Below are positions 11,464-21,823 of a stretch of 64,000 nucleotides of DNA, in pieces (within the stretch, counting starts at the first letter, position 1; each line of letters opens with the position of its first letter). The position numbers were made by a program, and so were the translations under genes. The notes below the pieces were generated by a model. That model ran no database searches. It was not told where the DNA came from and was given only the letters and a program-made list of their open reading frames with translations. Source of the stretch: Minisyncoccia bacterium (GTDB lineage: Bacteria > Patescibacteriota > Minisyncoccia > Phycocordibacterales > CAIZLB01); assembly GCA_041752275.1 (NCBI GenBank), contig JBGSHK010000012.1:18346-82345 (forward strand). Reading direction: 5' to 3'.

Positions 11464-12030
11464 ATGAAAATATCAATATACACAACATTAAGCCTTGTAC
11501 TAGTATCTATATTTATAGGTATTAGCATAGGTTATTTTTATACATCAGATTATAAAAGTTCTATGTATGATAAAAATCCGACCATGGATTTAGGTTTAGC
11601 AAATAAAACATTTGACCTTAGATATATAAACGCAATGATTGCACATCATCGAGGCGCTATGTTATTGGCTGAACAACTGGGTAAAAATACTCAACGTCCA
11701 GAGATGGCAGCCTTATCTCAAAATATCTTAAAAGATGAACCAGCTGCAATAGAAGAATTGTATCAATGGAAAAAAGCCTGGTATAACGATACCAAAAAAG
11801 TTAAAGATCCTATAGTGGCAAACTTGGGTAGTTATGATGATAAAAGTGACCTTCGTTTTTTAAACGCTATCATAGCTCATCATGAGCAAGGTATTATGAT
11901 GACCAAAGAGACACGTATCAAGTCCACTCGTAATGAAATATTAAACAATGCAGATGCTGTAGAATTATTTTTAAGTAATGGTTTAAAAACATTAACAGAA
12001 CTTAGACAAGCTTGGTATAACGTAAATTAA
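11464..12030 (+). CDS. DUF305 family protein (copper-resistance associated)
   Basis: Duplicated AHH motifs ([18 protein letters not shown]). N-terminal TM helix. Confidence 0.75.
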   Translation: MKISIYTTLSLVLVSIFIGISIGYFYTSDYKSSMYDKNPTMDLGLANKTFDLRYINAMIAHHRGAMLLAEQLGKNTQRPEMAALSQNILKDEPAAIEELYQWKKAWYNDTKKVKDPIVANLGSYDDKSDLRFLNAIIAHHEQGIMMTKETRIKSTRNEILNNADAVELFLSNGLKTLTELRQAWYNVN

Positions 12031-12040
12031 TAAAATAAAA

Positions 12041-14245
12041 ATGACAAATAAAATATTTAAAATAAAAGGTATGCATTGCGCAAGCTGTGCTACTATTATA
12101 ACAAAAAAAGTCTCTGCACTTTCTGGTGTTAAGACTGTATCTGTCAATTATGCTAATGAAAAAGCTAAAATAGATTTTGACGATAATCTTGTAACATTAG
12201 ACGCTATAAATAATGATTTACAAAAATTAGGATATGCTTTTGTTGATGATGTGGATAAAGATATAAAAAAAACAAACGATAAAGATTTAGATTTTATTGA
12301 ATTAAAGAACAAAGTAGAATTTATTCTACCTGTAACTTTTGTTATATTTATTTTGATGATGTGGGATATATTGTCTCGTACTTTTGCGAACGTTCCGAAC
12401 TTACCTATGCCGATGTCTCTATTCAATATCCTGTCTATGATAGTTGCTACTATTGCTTTGTTTTGGGTTGGTAAGCCATATTTGCAAGGTGTCTTGAGAT
12501 TTGTACAACATAGAGTGGCAAACATGGATACTCTTATAGGTATAGGAACTTCAGCTGCCTATATATATAGTTTAGCTATTACTTTATTTCCTGAGTTGAT
12601 AAAAATATTAAATCTACCTAACTATACATATTTTGATGTAACCATAGTTGTTATAGGTTTTATAACATTAGGTAAATATTTGGAAATGGGTTCAAAAAGA
12701 AAAACAGGGGACGCCATAGAAAAACTTTTAGGATTGCAGGCAAAAACCGCTTTGCTTTTACGTGATGGAAAAGAGATAGAAGTTTCTATAAACGAAGTTG
12801 TTCACGGAGATGTGTTAATAGTTAAACCAGGAAACAAAATACCAGTAGACGGAATAATACTAGAAGGTTCATCTTTTATAGATGAATCAATGATAACGGG
12901 TGAACCTATGCCTACACAAAAAAAAGTCGGTGACAATGTTGTTGCTGGAACATTGAATACAAACGGATCATTTACTTTTAAGGTGACAAAAGTTGGATCA
13001 GAAACCTTATTGTCCCAAATCATAAAAATGGTTGAAGATGCTCAAGGTAGTAAGGCACCTATCGAGGCTTTGGTTGATAAAATATCTAGTATATTTGTAC
13101 CAATAGTTTTAGTGATAGCATTTATCACATTAATAGCCTGGATGATATTTGGAACATTTTCCATAGCTTTACTTTCATTTGTAAGTATATTGGTTATAGC
13201 TTGCCCTTGTGCTTTAGGATTAGCTACGCCTACAGCTATTATAGTTGGAGTAGGTAAAGGTGCTCGAAACGGTATCCTTGTGAAGGATGCTGCTACACTA
13301 GAGCATCTACATAAAGTCGATACAGTTATAGTTGATAAAACAGGTACTATAACTGTAGGTAAGCCAACTCTTGTTGATATAGAAAATTTTACAGATCTTG
13401 ATAAAAATGATTTTGTAAAAATAATTGCTTCCCTTGAAAGTAAATCAGAACACCCTATAGCCCACGCAATAATTAATTATTCAAAAGAGAAAAATATATT
13501 ATTGGACAATGTTGATGATTTTGAAATCATACCTGGTCAAGGTCTACAGGGATCTATAAAAGGTGTTAAATATTTTCTTGGAAATTTTAAATTAATACAA
13601 AATCTTGGTTTAGATTTTAATATATCAAAAATAGAACAATATACAGCACAGGGAAAAACCCCTGTAATACTGGCCAACAAAGATAAAGTCCTAGGTTTTG
13701 TTATGGTCTCTGATGAAATTAAAAAAGAGTCTCATCAAGCAATAAAAGATTTGCACAATCTTGGTATAAAAGTGATTATGCTAACAGGTGATGATGAAAA
13801 AGCTGCAAAGTATATAGCGTCTTTAGTTAACATAGATGAAGTTGTTGCAAATGTTTTACCTCAAGATAAATTAGCAAAGATAAAATCATTGCAAGCTGAG
13901 GGTAAAATAGTTGCTATGGCCGGCGATGGTGTAAATGATGCACCAGCCCTAGCTCAAGCCAATGTAGGTATTGCTATGGGAACAGGTACAGATGTTGCCA
14001 TAGAATCGGCTGGCATAACTCTGCTACATGGAGATATATCAAAACTTGTAAAAGCTATAAATCTTTCTAAAATGACAATGAGGGGTATTAAACAAAATCT
14101 TTTCTGGGCATTTTTCTATAATGTTATAGGTATTCCACTTGCCGCACTCGGTCTACTTAATCCAATATTTGCAGGATTTGCAATGGCAATATCTTCATTT
14201 TCAGTTGTGTCAAATTCACTTCGTATTAAAACTAAAAAAATATAA
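12041..14245 (+). CDS. copA: copper-translocating P1B-type ATPase
   Basis: N-terminal [14 protein letters not shown] in a TM helix, DKTGTIT phosphorylation site, GDGVNDAP hinge. Confidence 0.9.
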   Translation: MTNKIFKIKGMHCASCATIITKKVSALSGVKTVSVNYANEKAKIDFDDNLVTLDAINNDLQKLGYAFVDDVDKDIKKTNDKDLDFIELKNKVEFILPVTFVIFILMMWDILSRTFANVPNLPMPMSLFNILSMIVATIALFWVGKPYLQGVLRFVQHRVANMDTLIGIGTSAAYIYSLAITLFPELIKILNLPNYTYFDVTIVVIGFITLGKYLEMGSKRKTGDAIEKLLGLQAKTALLLRDGKEIEVSINEVVHGDVLIVKPGNKIPVDGIILEGSSFIDESMITGEPMPTQKKVGDNVVAGTLNTNGSFTFKVTKVGSETLLSQIIKMVEDAQGSKAPIEALVDKISSIFVPIVLVIAFITLIAWMIFGTFSIALLSFVSILVIACPCALGLATPTAIIVGVGKGARNGILVKDAATLEHLHKVDTVIVDKTGTITVGKPTLVDIENFTDLDKNDFVKIIASLESKSEHPIAHAIINYSKEKNILLDNVDDFEIIPGQGLQGSIKGVKYFLGNFKLIQNLGLDFNISKIEQYTAQGKTPVILANKDKVLGFVMVSDEIKKESHQAIKDLHNLGIKVIMLTGDDEKAAKYIASLVNIDEVVANVLPQDKLAKIKSLQAEGKIVAMAGDGVNDAPALAQANVGIAMGTGTDVAIESAGITLLHGDISKLVKAINLSKMTMRGIKQNLFWAFFYNVIGIPLAALGLLNPIFAGFAMAISSFSVVSNSLRIKTKKI

Positions 14246-14263
14246 AATTATAATAATAAAAAT

Positions 14264-15247
14264 ATGAAAACATATACATTTCACATATCAGGAACTCATT
14301 GCGCATCATGTAAAATATTGATCGAAGATATTTTAGATAGTGCTACTGTGGACCTAAAAAAGGAAACAATAAAAATTCAATCTCACGATTTAGATGAAGA
14401 TGCTCTCTTGGAAAAAATAAATAATAAATTAAAAACACACAACTATGAAGTTTCTAAAGAAAAACAATTAAAGGTAAACAAAGTAGACCTTAGTTGGCAG
14501 GCTATACCAATAGGACTGGTATTCCTTTTTCTGTTTTTCATATTACAAAAATCAGGCATATTAAACTTTGGTATAGGTGGAAGTGTTACTCCGACAACCA
14601 GTTTCATTATTGGTGTTATTGCTTCATTTTCAAGTTGCTTGGCAGTGGTAGGTGGTTTGATATTGTCTTTGTCTGCAAAGGTTTTGAGTGATGATACTAA
14701 CAACAAAAAACCAATCTATTTATTTCACATTGCTAGACTTGTAAGTTTTGCAGTATTCGGTGGCGTTCTCGGTTTTATTGGAAAAAGTATAGGGATTAAC
14801 TTTGTACTAAGCTCTGTGCTTGGTATTATCGCAGCATTGATAATGATAATTCTCGGGTTAAATCTTTTCGGTATTTTCAAAAAAAATAAGATAACTTTAC
14901 CGCATGGTATGTTTAATTTTTTTAGAAAAGTAGAACATAGTTTCTGGGCCCCTATAGTTATAGGTGCAGCAACGTTTTTACTTCCATGTGGTTTTACTCA
15001 GTCTATGCAAGTTGTAGCACTTTCAAGTGAGTCATTTATAAAAGGATTTATGATTATGCTTTTCTTTGCTCTTGGAACCCTACCTGTGCTTTTACTACTA
15101 TCATTTGGATCTGTTTCATTTGTACATTCAAAATATAAAGATTTATTCTTTAAGGTTGCGGGGGTAGTTGTGCTAGGACTTGGAATTTTCGCACTCTTGT
15201 CTGCATTTGTTGGACTTGGAATTATTAAACCATTTTTTAATATATAA
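14264..15247 (+). CDS. HMA-domain fused to a polytopic permease (TauE/SafE- or CcdA-like)
   Basis: N-terminal GTHCASC metal-binding fold, then about 7 TM helices with GIGGS and PCG motifs. Confidence 0.55.
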   Translation: MKTYTFHISGTHCASCKILIEDILDSATVDLKKETIKIQSHDLDEDALLEKINNKLKTHNYEVSKEKQLKVNKVDLSWQAIPIGLVFLFLFFILQKSGILNFGIGGSVTPTTSFIIGVIASFSSCLAVVGGLILSLSAKVLSDDTNNKKPIYLFHIARLVSFAVFGGVLGFIGKSIGINFVLSSVLGIIAALIMIILGLNLFGIFKKNKITLPHGMFNFFRKVEHSFWAPIVIGAATFLLPCGFTQSMQVVALSSESFIKGFMIMLFFALGTLPVLLLLSFGSVSFVHSKYKDLFFKVAGVVVLGLGIFALLSAFVGLGIIKPFFNI

Positions 15248-15254
15248 TATAAAT

Positions 15255-15650
15255 ATGAATAAAAATATAATTATTTCATTAATCATAAGTGCAGCTCTGA
15301 TCACATCAATGATATTTTTTGTCGGAAATAAATCAAACAATAGTTCAGGCTTACCATCTATTCCCAATGTATCTGTTATAGATGGTGTACAATATGTCAC
15401 GATAAATGCTAGAGGTGGATATAGCCCAAAGGTTTCTACTATAAAGCCGGGTATACCAACCAAACTTATTATGAAAACCAACAACACTTATGATTGTTCG
15501 GCTGCACTTTCTATTCCTTCGCTCGGTATAAGGAAAATGTTGCAACCTGTTGGAGAGGAGGTTGTTGACCTTGGTTCTATTGAGCCTGGTAAAAAAATAG
15601 ACGGTACCTGCTCTATGGGAATGTATAATTTTAAGATTATTGTAGAATAA
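15255..15650 (+). CDS. cupredoxin-like/copper-binding periplasmic protein
   Basis: Signal anchor, then a beta-rich domain ending in CSMGMY. Start set to the ATG at 15255, because the track start at 15180 overlaps the previous gene. Confidence 0.45.
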   Translation: MNKNIIISLIISAALITSMIFFVGNKSNNSSGLPSIPNVSVIDGVQYVTINARGGYSPKVSTIKPGIPTKLIMKTNNTYDCSAALSIPSLGIRKMLQPVGEEVVDLGSIEPGKKIDGTCSMGMYNFKIIVE

Positions 15651-15688
15651 TTTTTGAATCTTATAGATTGTGCTATAATCAAATTAAT

Positions 15689-17269
15689 ATGCAAAAAATC
15701 AAAGATAAAATCACATCTATACCAAAATACATTTGGACAAACAAAAAAAAGAAAAGAGTTTGGATGAGTGCTTTATTAATATTGATAATATTAGGATTTT
15801 CAATATTTGGCAACGGTAAACAAACCGACGTTTTAACATATAAAGTTGAATCAAAAGAATTTGTTCAAAATGTATCTTTAACAGGTAAGGTTATAGCTGC
15901 TAAAAACGTTGACATGGGTTTTGAGACTTCGGGTCGTATAGCAAAAGTTAACTTTAAGGTAGGTGATAGGGTAAAAAAAGGTCAAGTTATAGCCTCACTT
16001 CAAAACGGTGATGCTATTTCAAACTTACAAAAAGCTTCAGCACGTTTAAGTGAAGTTCAAAGTGGATCCAGATCAGAAGAAATATCTATAGCTCAAGGTG
16101 ATCTTGTTAATGCAAAAAACAATTTAGATCTTTCATCTCAGATTTTAAAAAATGAATTACAAAATATTTACAATAAAGCAGACGAGGCCGTTAGATCAAA
16201 AATAGACAATTCTTTTACAAATCCTAGAAGTGTTAATCCTCAGTTTAACTACTCTATAGATCAAAGTATAACTTTAAAAGATAGACTGTCTGCAAACAGA
16301 CTTAAAATAACAGAAATTTTTGAAAAATGGGTAGGAAAAACAGATATAGAAGATATTGATGAAGTAAAATTATATATTACAGAAATTCAAAATTTTATAA
16401 ATGATGCCAACACTGCTATATCCATAGCTACAGAAAAATCAGTATCAACAGATATAAACTATACAACAGCACAAGCAAATAAAACCGATATTCTTGCAGC
16501 AAGAACTAATTTTACAGCAGCGGTAAATTCCTTTAATCAAGCTCAAATAACATATAAAAACAGTATTGCTGAATTAAATCGTGCTGAAAACAACTTTAAG
16601 CTTAAACAAAGTGGCGGTACTCAAAACGAGATAGCTATACAAAGAGCTGATGTAACAAATGCTCAATCTTTTGTCTCAAAAACACTTATAGTAGCACCTT
16701 TTGACGGAGTTATAACTAAAGTTGATGTTAAAGAAGGAGAGATATCGTCACCAAGTACTCCTGTGATAAGTATGTTAAACGATGGTGAATATCAAATAGA
16801 AACATATGTATCTGAGAACGATATATCAAAATTAGAGGTAGATCAAAAAACAAAAATATCACTTGACGCCTACGGTAGAGATGTATTTTTTGAGGGTATG
16901 ATTATATCTATAGATCCCGCAGAAACCATAAAAGATGGTGTGTCAACATATAGAACAAAGATACAATTTTCACAAAAAGATGAAAGAGTTAAAAGTGGTA
17001 TGACATCAAATATAGACATAGAAACAGACAGAAGATTAGGTGTTATATCCATACCTCAAACAGCCGTTGTTTTGGAAAAAGGTATAAAGAAAGTTTATAT
17101 TTTAGAAAATGATTCTTGTATTTCAAATAATTCATGTGCTACAAACTTTAATAAAATGAAAGATATAAAAATAAGTGAAATAAAAACAGGGGAAATAAAT
17201 AATACAGGTGATATAGAAATTATTTCTGGATTAGAAAATAATCAAACAATTATCTATGGAAAGAAATAA
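15689..17269 (+). CDS. efflux membrane-fusion (periplasmic adaptor) protein, HlyD/MacA-like
   Basis: N-terminal TM, long coiled-coil middle, beta-barrel C-terminal region. Extended -10 TGCTATAAT at 15671-15679. Confidence 0.65.
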   Translation: MQKIKDKITSIPKYIWTNKKKKRVWMSALLILIILGFSIFGNGKQTDVLTYKVESKEFVQNVSLTGKVIAAKNVDMGFETSGRIAKVNFKVGDRVKKGQVIASLQNGDAISNLQKASARLSEVQSGSRSEEISIAQGDLVNAKNNLDLSSQILKNELQNIYNKADEAVRSKIDNSFTNPRSVNPQFNYSIDQSITLKDRLSANRLKITEIFEKWVGKTDIEDIDEVKLYITEIQNFINDANTAISIATEKSVSTDINYTTAQANKTDILAARTNFTAAVNSFNQAQITYKNSIAELNRAENNFKLKQSGGTQNEIAIQRADVTNAQSFVSKTLIVAPFDGVITKVDVKEGEISSPSTPVISMLNDGEYQIETYVSENDISKLEVDQKTKISLDAYGRDVFFEGMIISIDPAETIKDGVSTYRTKIQFSQKDERVKSGMTSNIDIETDRRLGVISIPQTAVVLEKGIKKVYILENDSCISNNSCATNFNKMKDIKISEIKTGEINNTGDIEIISGLENNQTIIYGKK

Positions 17270-18539
17270 AGTAACCAATAAGAAAATACATAATTTTAAA
17301 ATAGGTTTTTTCTTAGCATATAGACAGTTGAAGCATGCCAGTATATGGACTACATCATTGATTGTTATGGTTATGATGTTAACTTTTTTAAACTTGGTTG
17401 TGGTAAACGGTATACTTGTTGGTCTTATACAAAGTTCTATACAGGCATCTGAAGAAAGGTATTCTGGGAATGTTATAGTTTCAACCTTAAGACAAAAGTC
17501 CATCATAGAGAACAGTGCTGAAATACAAAAAGTTTTATCAAATCTACCAAATGTAACGGATGTAATACCTCGTGTACTTGCAGGAGGTAGTGTTAAGTCA
17601 GACTACAACAGACTCTTAAAAGAAGGTGAAACTCCAAATCAAGCAGGTGCAAACATATCAGGTATACTACCTTCAAATGAAGACAAGGCAACAGGCTTAT
17701 CAAAGTATGTGATAGATGGAGCTTATCTTGATGATAATGATAGAGATGGTGTTTTGATCGGAGCTTTTCTTGTAAATGAACTTACGCCAATAGATGCCGT
17801 TGGTTTTTCTCAACTTAGAGAGGTTAAGGTAGGAGACAGGGTAAAAATAACAGTTGGTGAAAACAGTAGAGAGATGTATATACGTGGATTTTTAAGATCT
17901 AAGATAGACAACATAGATTCAAGAGTTATTATGATACAACCAGAGCTTCGTAAACTCATAGGTCGTAGTGATACCAATGTATCAGAAATAGCAGTTAAAC
18001 TTACACCAGGTTCAACTGAGCTAGATGCGTTACGTGTAAAAGAGATACTTTCAGCCAATGGATATGATTTTGATGCAAAAATACAAACCGCCACAGAGGC
18101 TCAGCCAAAGTTTTTGAAAGACATGAAGGATTTGTTTGGACTACTTGGAACATTGATGGGTTCTATTGGTTTAGTGGTTGCATCTATAACAGTGTTTATT
18201 GTTATTTTTGTAAACACACTTACGAGACGTAAGTTTATAGGTATATTGAAAGGTATAGGTATATCCTCAAAGTCTATAGAATACTCATATATCATACAGT
18301 CTGCTTTCTATGCTATAGTTGGGGCATTGTTAGGTATGTTGGTTTTGTATGGATTTCTAGTTCCGTTTATAGATGCCCACCCTATAAACTTTCCTTTTTC
18401 TGACGGTATACTTTATGCCCCGCTTGGAGGTACTATGTGGAGAGTATTGGCTTTGTTTGTTACGACTATTATCGCAGGATATATACCGGCACGCATGATA
18501 GTAAATAAAAATACATTAGACTCTATATTAGGTCGATAA
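17256..18539 (+). CDS. ABC transporter permease, FtsX/MacB-like
   Basis: TM1, large periplasmic domain, then three C-terminal TM helices. Confidence 0.7.
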   Translation: MERNKVTNKKIHNFKIGFFLAYRQLKHASIWTTSLIVMVMMLTFLNLVVVNGILVGLIQSSIQASEERYSGNVIVSTLRQKSIIENSAEIQKVLSNLPNVTDVIPRVLAGGSVKSDYNRLLKEGETPNQAGANISGILPSNEDKATGLSKYVIDGAYLDDNDRDGVLIGAFLVNELTPIDAVGFSQLREVKVGDRVKITVGENSREMYIRGFLRSKIDNIDSRVIMIQPELRKLIGRSDTNVSEIAVKLTPGSTELDALRVKEILSANGYDFDAKIQTATEAQPKFLKDMKDLFGLLGTLMGSIGLVVASITVFIVIFVNTLTRRKFIGILKGIGISSKSIEYSYIIQSAFYAIVGALLGMLVLYGFLVPFIDAHPINFPFSDGILYAPLGGTMWRVLALFVTTIIAGYIPARMIVNKNTLDSILGR

Positions 18540-18560
18540 ATAATTTTCAAAAATAAAAAT

Positions 18561-19232
18561 ATGCATGATAATATAATAGAAACAAAAAACCTTACAAAGA
18601 CTTTCACAGATGGTGATAAGCAAACCACTGTTTTGAAGGGTGTTGACATGTCTATAAAAAGAGGAGAGTTTGTTGCTATTATAGGTAGATCAGGTGCAGG
18701 TAAATCAACTTTGTTGTATCAGATAAGTTTACTAGACACACCAACATTCGGTGAAATTTTTATAAATGGTATAGATATACACAACTTAACAGAAGAAGAG
18801 AGGATAGATTTTCGTTTAAATAATCTAGGATATGTGTTTCAAGATTACGCCTTACTTCCGGATTTGACTGCTGTTGAAAACGTTGCTTTACCACTTTTGA
18901 TGCAGGGCTATACTCGTGATGAAGCATACAAAAGAGCGGCTGAAGTTTTGGATCAAGTTGGTCTTGAGGGAAAATATGAAAACATACCAGCAAAACTTTC
19001 AGGTGGTCAACAACAGAGAGTTTCTATAGCAAGAGGTTTGGCTCATAAACCTTCTATACTTTTTGCTGATGAACCAACGGCTAATTTGGATATCGAATCA
19101 TCACTTTTGGTTTTGAAAATATTTAAAGAGATACACTCGCGTGGTCAGACTATTGTTATGGTTACTCATGAGGCCGAGTATGCAAACACGGCCGACAGGG
19201 TTATAGAGATGAAGGATGGAATTATAAGTTAA
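18561..19232 (+). CDS. ABC transporter ATP-binding protein (MacB/LolD-type)
   Basis: Walker A GRSGAGKST, signature LSGGQQQRVSIARGL, Walker B LFADEPT. Confidence 0.9.
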   Translation: MHDNIIETKNLTKTFTDGDKQTTVLKGVDMSIKRGEFVAIIGRSGAGKSTLLYQISLLDTPTFGEIFINGIDIHNLTEEERIDFRLNNLGYVFQDYALLPDLTAVENVALPLLMQGYTRDEAYKRAAEVLDQVGLEGKYENIPAKLSGGQQQRVSIARGLAHKPSILFADEPTANLDIESSLLVLKIFKEIHSRGQTIVMVTHEAEYANTADRVIEMKDGIIS

Positions 19233-19253
19233 TAAAAATAATTAAAATAAAAA

Positions 19254-19688
19254 ATGACAACCGAACAAAAAGATAAGATTTTTAATTTTCTAAAAAATAC
19301 AAAAATAGCAGTTATGGCTACAAATTCTCCAGACAGATTATATCCTGAGTCAGCAGTTATAACACTGTCAGAAACCTCTGATTTACATCTGATTATTAAT
19401 TCTTCCAAACTGAGTCGAAAAAATAAAAACATACGAGATAATAATAAAGTTTCTGTCGCTATGGGTTTTGATTGGGAAACTATGCAAACCTTGCAGATTG
19501 AGGGTAATGCTCATATCATGACTGATGAGGTAAGGGCTAGTAATATGATAGATTATCATTTTAATAGAAATCCACATCTACTTGGATATAGAGGAAAAGC
19601 AGATCGTGAGTTTATAGAAGTGGTCCCCAAGTGGATAAGATATACCGATATTGCAAAAGGAGAAGTGTGGGAGGTAAACCTCTCGTAA
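19254..19688 (+). CDS. pyridoxamine 5'-phosphate oxidase-like FMN-binding split-barrel protein
   Basis: N-terminal pattern of PNPOx-like proteins. 144 aa. Confidence 0.5.
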   Translation: MTTEQKDKIFNFLKNTKIAVMATNSPDRLYPESAVITLSETSDLHLIINSSKLSRKNKNIRDNNKVSVAMGFDWETMQTLQIEGNAHIMTDEVRASNMIDYHFNRNPHLLGYRGKADREFIEVVPKWIRYTDIAKGEVWEVNLS

Positions 19689-19693
19689 AAAGC

Positions 19694-19721
19694 CGCTGTC
19701 CAAGAAATGACAGCTCTTTTT
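19694..19721 (+). terminator. rho-independent terminator with CAAGAAAT loop
   Basis: Stem GCTGTC/GACAGC, 8-nt loop CAAGAAAT, then TCTTTTTT. Confidence 0.7.
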
Positions 19722-19756
19722 TACTCGAGGTTAGTAGAAGAAATGAAAAGCTCAAA

Positions 19757-19797
19757 CAAAAATTAGTGTTCCAAGAAATGAACACTAATTTTTGTTT
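19757..19797. terminator. bidirectional hairpin with the same CAAGAAAT loop
   Basis: 14-bp AT-rich stem AAAAATTAGTGTTC/GAACACTAATTTTT around the loop CAAGAAAT. Confidence 0.55.
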
Positions 19798-19831
19798 TCG
19801 CTTTAGTAGAAGTGAATAAATAAAAAAAACG

Positions 19832-19872
19832 AGGCGGACCCGGGTGGTCCGCCTGTTGAGGGTGGTGTTTTT
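19832..19872. terminator. GC-rich bidirectional terminator
   Basis: Stem GGCGGACC/GGTCCGCC. A-run on one side and T-run on the other. Ends the minus-strand gene at 19872. Confidence 0.65.
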
Positions 19873-20324
19873 TATCGCCGCTTTATGCAAGCGATTTTGT
19901 ATTTTTCCGGATGTGCACGGGTATACTCTTTGTTTAGAACTTTGACCCTCCATTTGGAGTCGACACGCTCTAGACAAATGTAGAACAAATTCTTATTTCT
20001 CATTCTGTCTCCAGTTCTCCATAGTTGTTCAACATTAAAAACAAGAGCAACATCTTGGTCTATATGATCTAAACTTGAAGGTTCTCGTCGAATGGTCCTG
20101 TGAATCTTTAGGAAATCACAGGCGGACAGTCTGTATAGAGTATCAGAAAGGTCAATGCTTTCGATTTCTGATACTGCGCAGATTTTAGATAAATCTTTGT
20201 GACGGGTTGGTATACGACTTTTGGTTCTAGCTGGACTGAAGGTGTATCTGATAACATAAGTGTTAATCAGTAATAGTACTAGGAGTAGGACATTGAGCCC
20301 TGAGTATTTTCTTTTGTTTGGCAT
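19872..20324 (-). CDS. hypothetical membrane-anchored protein (GC-rich island)
   Basis: N-terminal TM helix LNVLLLVLLLI. Codon usage is markedly GC-richer than the flanks. Confidence 0.45.
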   Translation of the reverse strand: MPNKRKYSGLNVLLLVLLLINTYVIRYTFSPARTKSRIPTRHKDLSKICAVSEIESIDLSDTLYRLSACDFLKIHRTIRREPSSLDHIDQDVALVFNVEQLWRTGDRMRNKNLFYICLERVDSKWRVKVLNKEYTRAHPEKYKIACIKRR

Positions 20325-20441
20325 GGTGTTGTGGGGTTGCTTTCTGTTTATACAATAACAATTCAGGGTAAGATGTCAATCCAAGATAAATGCCGCCAAG
20401 TATGGGTTTGAAACCGTACTGGCGGCAGATTGTTTGCGTTG

Positions 20442-21791
20442 CTATACAGCCTCTTTCAGGTTGATGACGTATAGACCATCAACGATAGGTTCAGGCTGTA
20501 TACCTTTTTCAGTTTCGGCAATGATGGCCAGGCGGCGGATACATTTTTGACCAAATCCTCCGAGTTTTTGTTTACATCTCCACCATACCAATTTCCACTC
20601 GTCGATGGAGCTTGTCAGATACAAGGCGGCATTCATACAGTAGTCAACAGTCTCGCTAACATTGAGTCCTTCGAAGGATTGCCAGTTTCCCATAAGGTTT
20701 TCAATGTTCAGGTGGTCTTCGACAGTTGTGGCCAGTTTCAGCGAAGAATTGACGGTGGCCAATTTGAGTCGTTCTGATTTAGTCACTGAATGTCCATGTA
20801 GCATGAAGCATGCGTCAATGGTTTTTGATTCAATGATTTTTGCTTCGATAATCGTGTCGTATTTGTCACGAACGTCATCGTACAACTCACGGGCAGACTT
20901 GATACCGTGTCGACAAATGATCTCGATCACGTTCTTGAGCTCCTTTTCTGATACCGCTCGTCGAGCTGCTCTGACGAGTGCACGATGGGCCAGCGTTGGC
21001 CAAGGCATTTTGTTCTTGGCAGTGTAGAATGCTGCAACGAGCATTTCCCAGCTAGTGTCTCGGTTGTTGATACGCTTACGAACGAGTTGTCTGTATAGTT
21101 CGTGCGTCTTTTCTCTCATTTCATCTGTGAGAAAAGGTTTGTGCGTGAATTCTTCAGCTTTCTCGACCGTGTCGATCTCTTTCAGAAGAGGTAACAGTAT
21201 CGAGTTAGCTCTAGCAACCAAGAGTTTCTGAAAATCTTCACCGGCAGAATGATACCGCTCATAACATTCCTCGACCGTTTCGAGTCTGATGATCCGCTCA
21301 GCCTCAAGGAGCAAGATCTTGTAACGAATCTTTTCCTTTAAAACGTCATTTAGCCATTTTCCATAGCTTGAACTCAGGCTATGCAGCCCTGATACAGTTG
21401 AGATACTTTTGATAAGATCGTTACCATAGGTGTCAAAGATTGTACGAAGTAACTCCCTTTGCTCTTTTGTCATCGAATATTTCCAGATGATCTTCATAAA
21501 CTCGTACAAGCTGGGTGCATCCTGGATGAATGAAATCATTTTCGAGATTGTGGCGACATGCACCTTATAGTTGTCCTTTTTTGTGAGCTCGAGCATATCG
21601 TCGCATTCGTCGAATGTTTTGATATCTTCGAGCTTTCGGTTTAGATCAGGCTTTTGGCCAAGTGCTATTTTGACGGTCTCGGCGTCAATACCCATGTTTT
21701 TGGCAAGTTGAATAAGTTTGGTGTTCATAATTTTTTGGGGTCCTAACAACCTATTAATATCACATCTTAAGATAAAATGAAATTGATTCAA
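20442..21791 (-). CDS. hypothetical alpha-helical protein (GC-rich island)
   Basis: 449-aa uninterrupted ORF at about 45-55% GC locally. No recognisable catalytic motif. Confidence 0.55.
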   Translation of the reverse strand: MNQFHFILRCDINRLLGPQKIMNTKLIQLAKNMGIDAETVKIALGQKPDLNRKLEDIKTFDECDDMLELTKKDNYKVHVATISKMISFIQDAPSLYEFMKIIWKYSMTKEQRELLRTIFDTYGNDLIKSISTVSGLHSLSSSYGKWLNDVLKEKIRYKILLLEAERIIRLETVEECYERYHSAGEDFQKLLVARANSILLPLLKEIDTVEKAEEFTHKPFLTDEMREKTHELYRQLVRKRINNRDTSWEMLVAAFYTAKNKMPWPTLAHRALVRAARRAVSEKELKNVIEIICRHGIKSARELYDDVRDKYDTIIEAKIIESKTIDACFMLHGHSVTKSERLKLATVNSSLKLATTVEDHLNIENLMGNWQSFEGLNVSETVDYCMNAALYLTSSIDEWKLVWWRCKQKLGGFGQKCIRRLAIIAETEKGIQPEPIVDGLYVINLKEAV

Positions 21792-21823
21792 CGTGATGGC
21801 AAAATCCTTTAAAATAAGCTATT

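Noticed and set aside
15180-15254. Upstream extension of the cupredoxin ORF, and likewise 9184-9267 for typA and 42281-42316 for rpsP
   Set aside because: The extensions overlap the preceding gene or diverge from the conserved family N-termini. Internal ATGs match the family starts.
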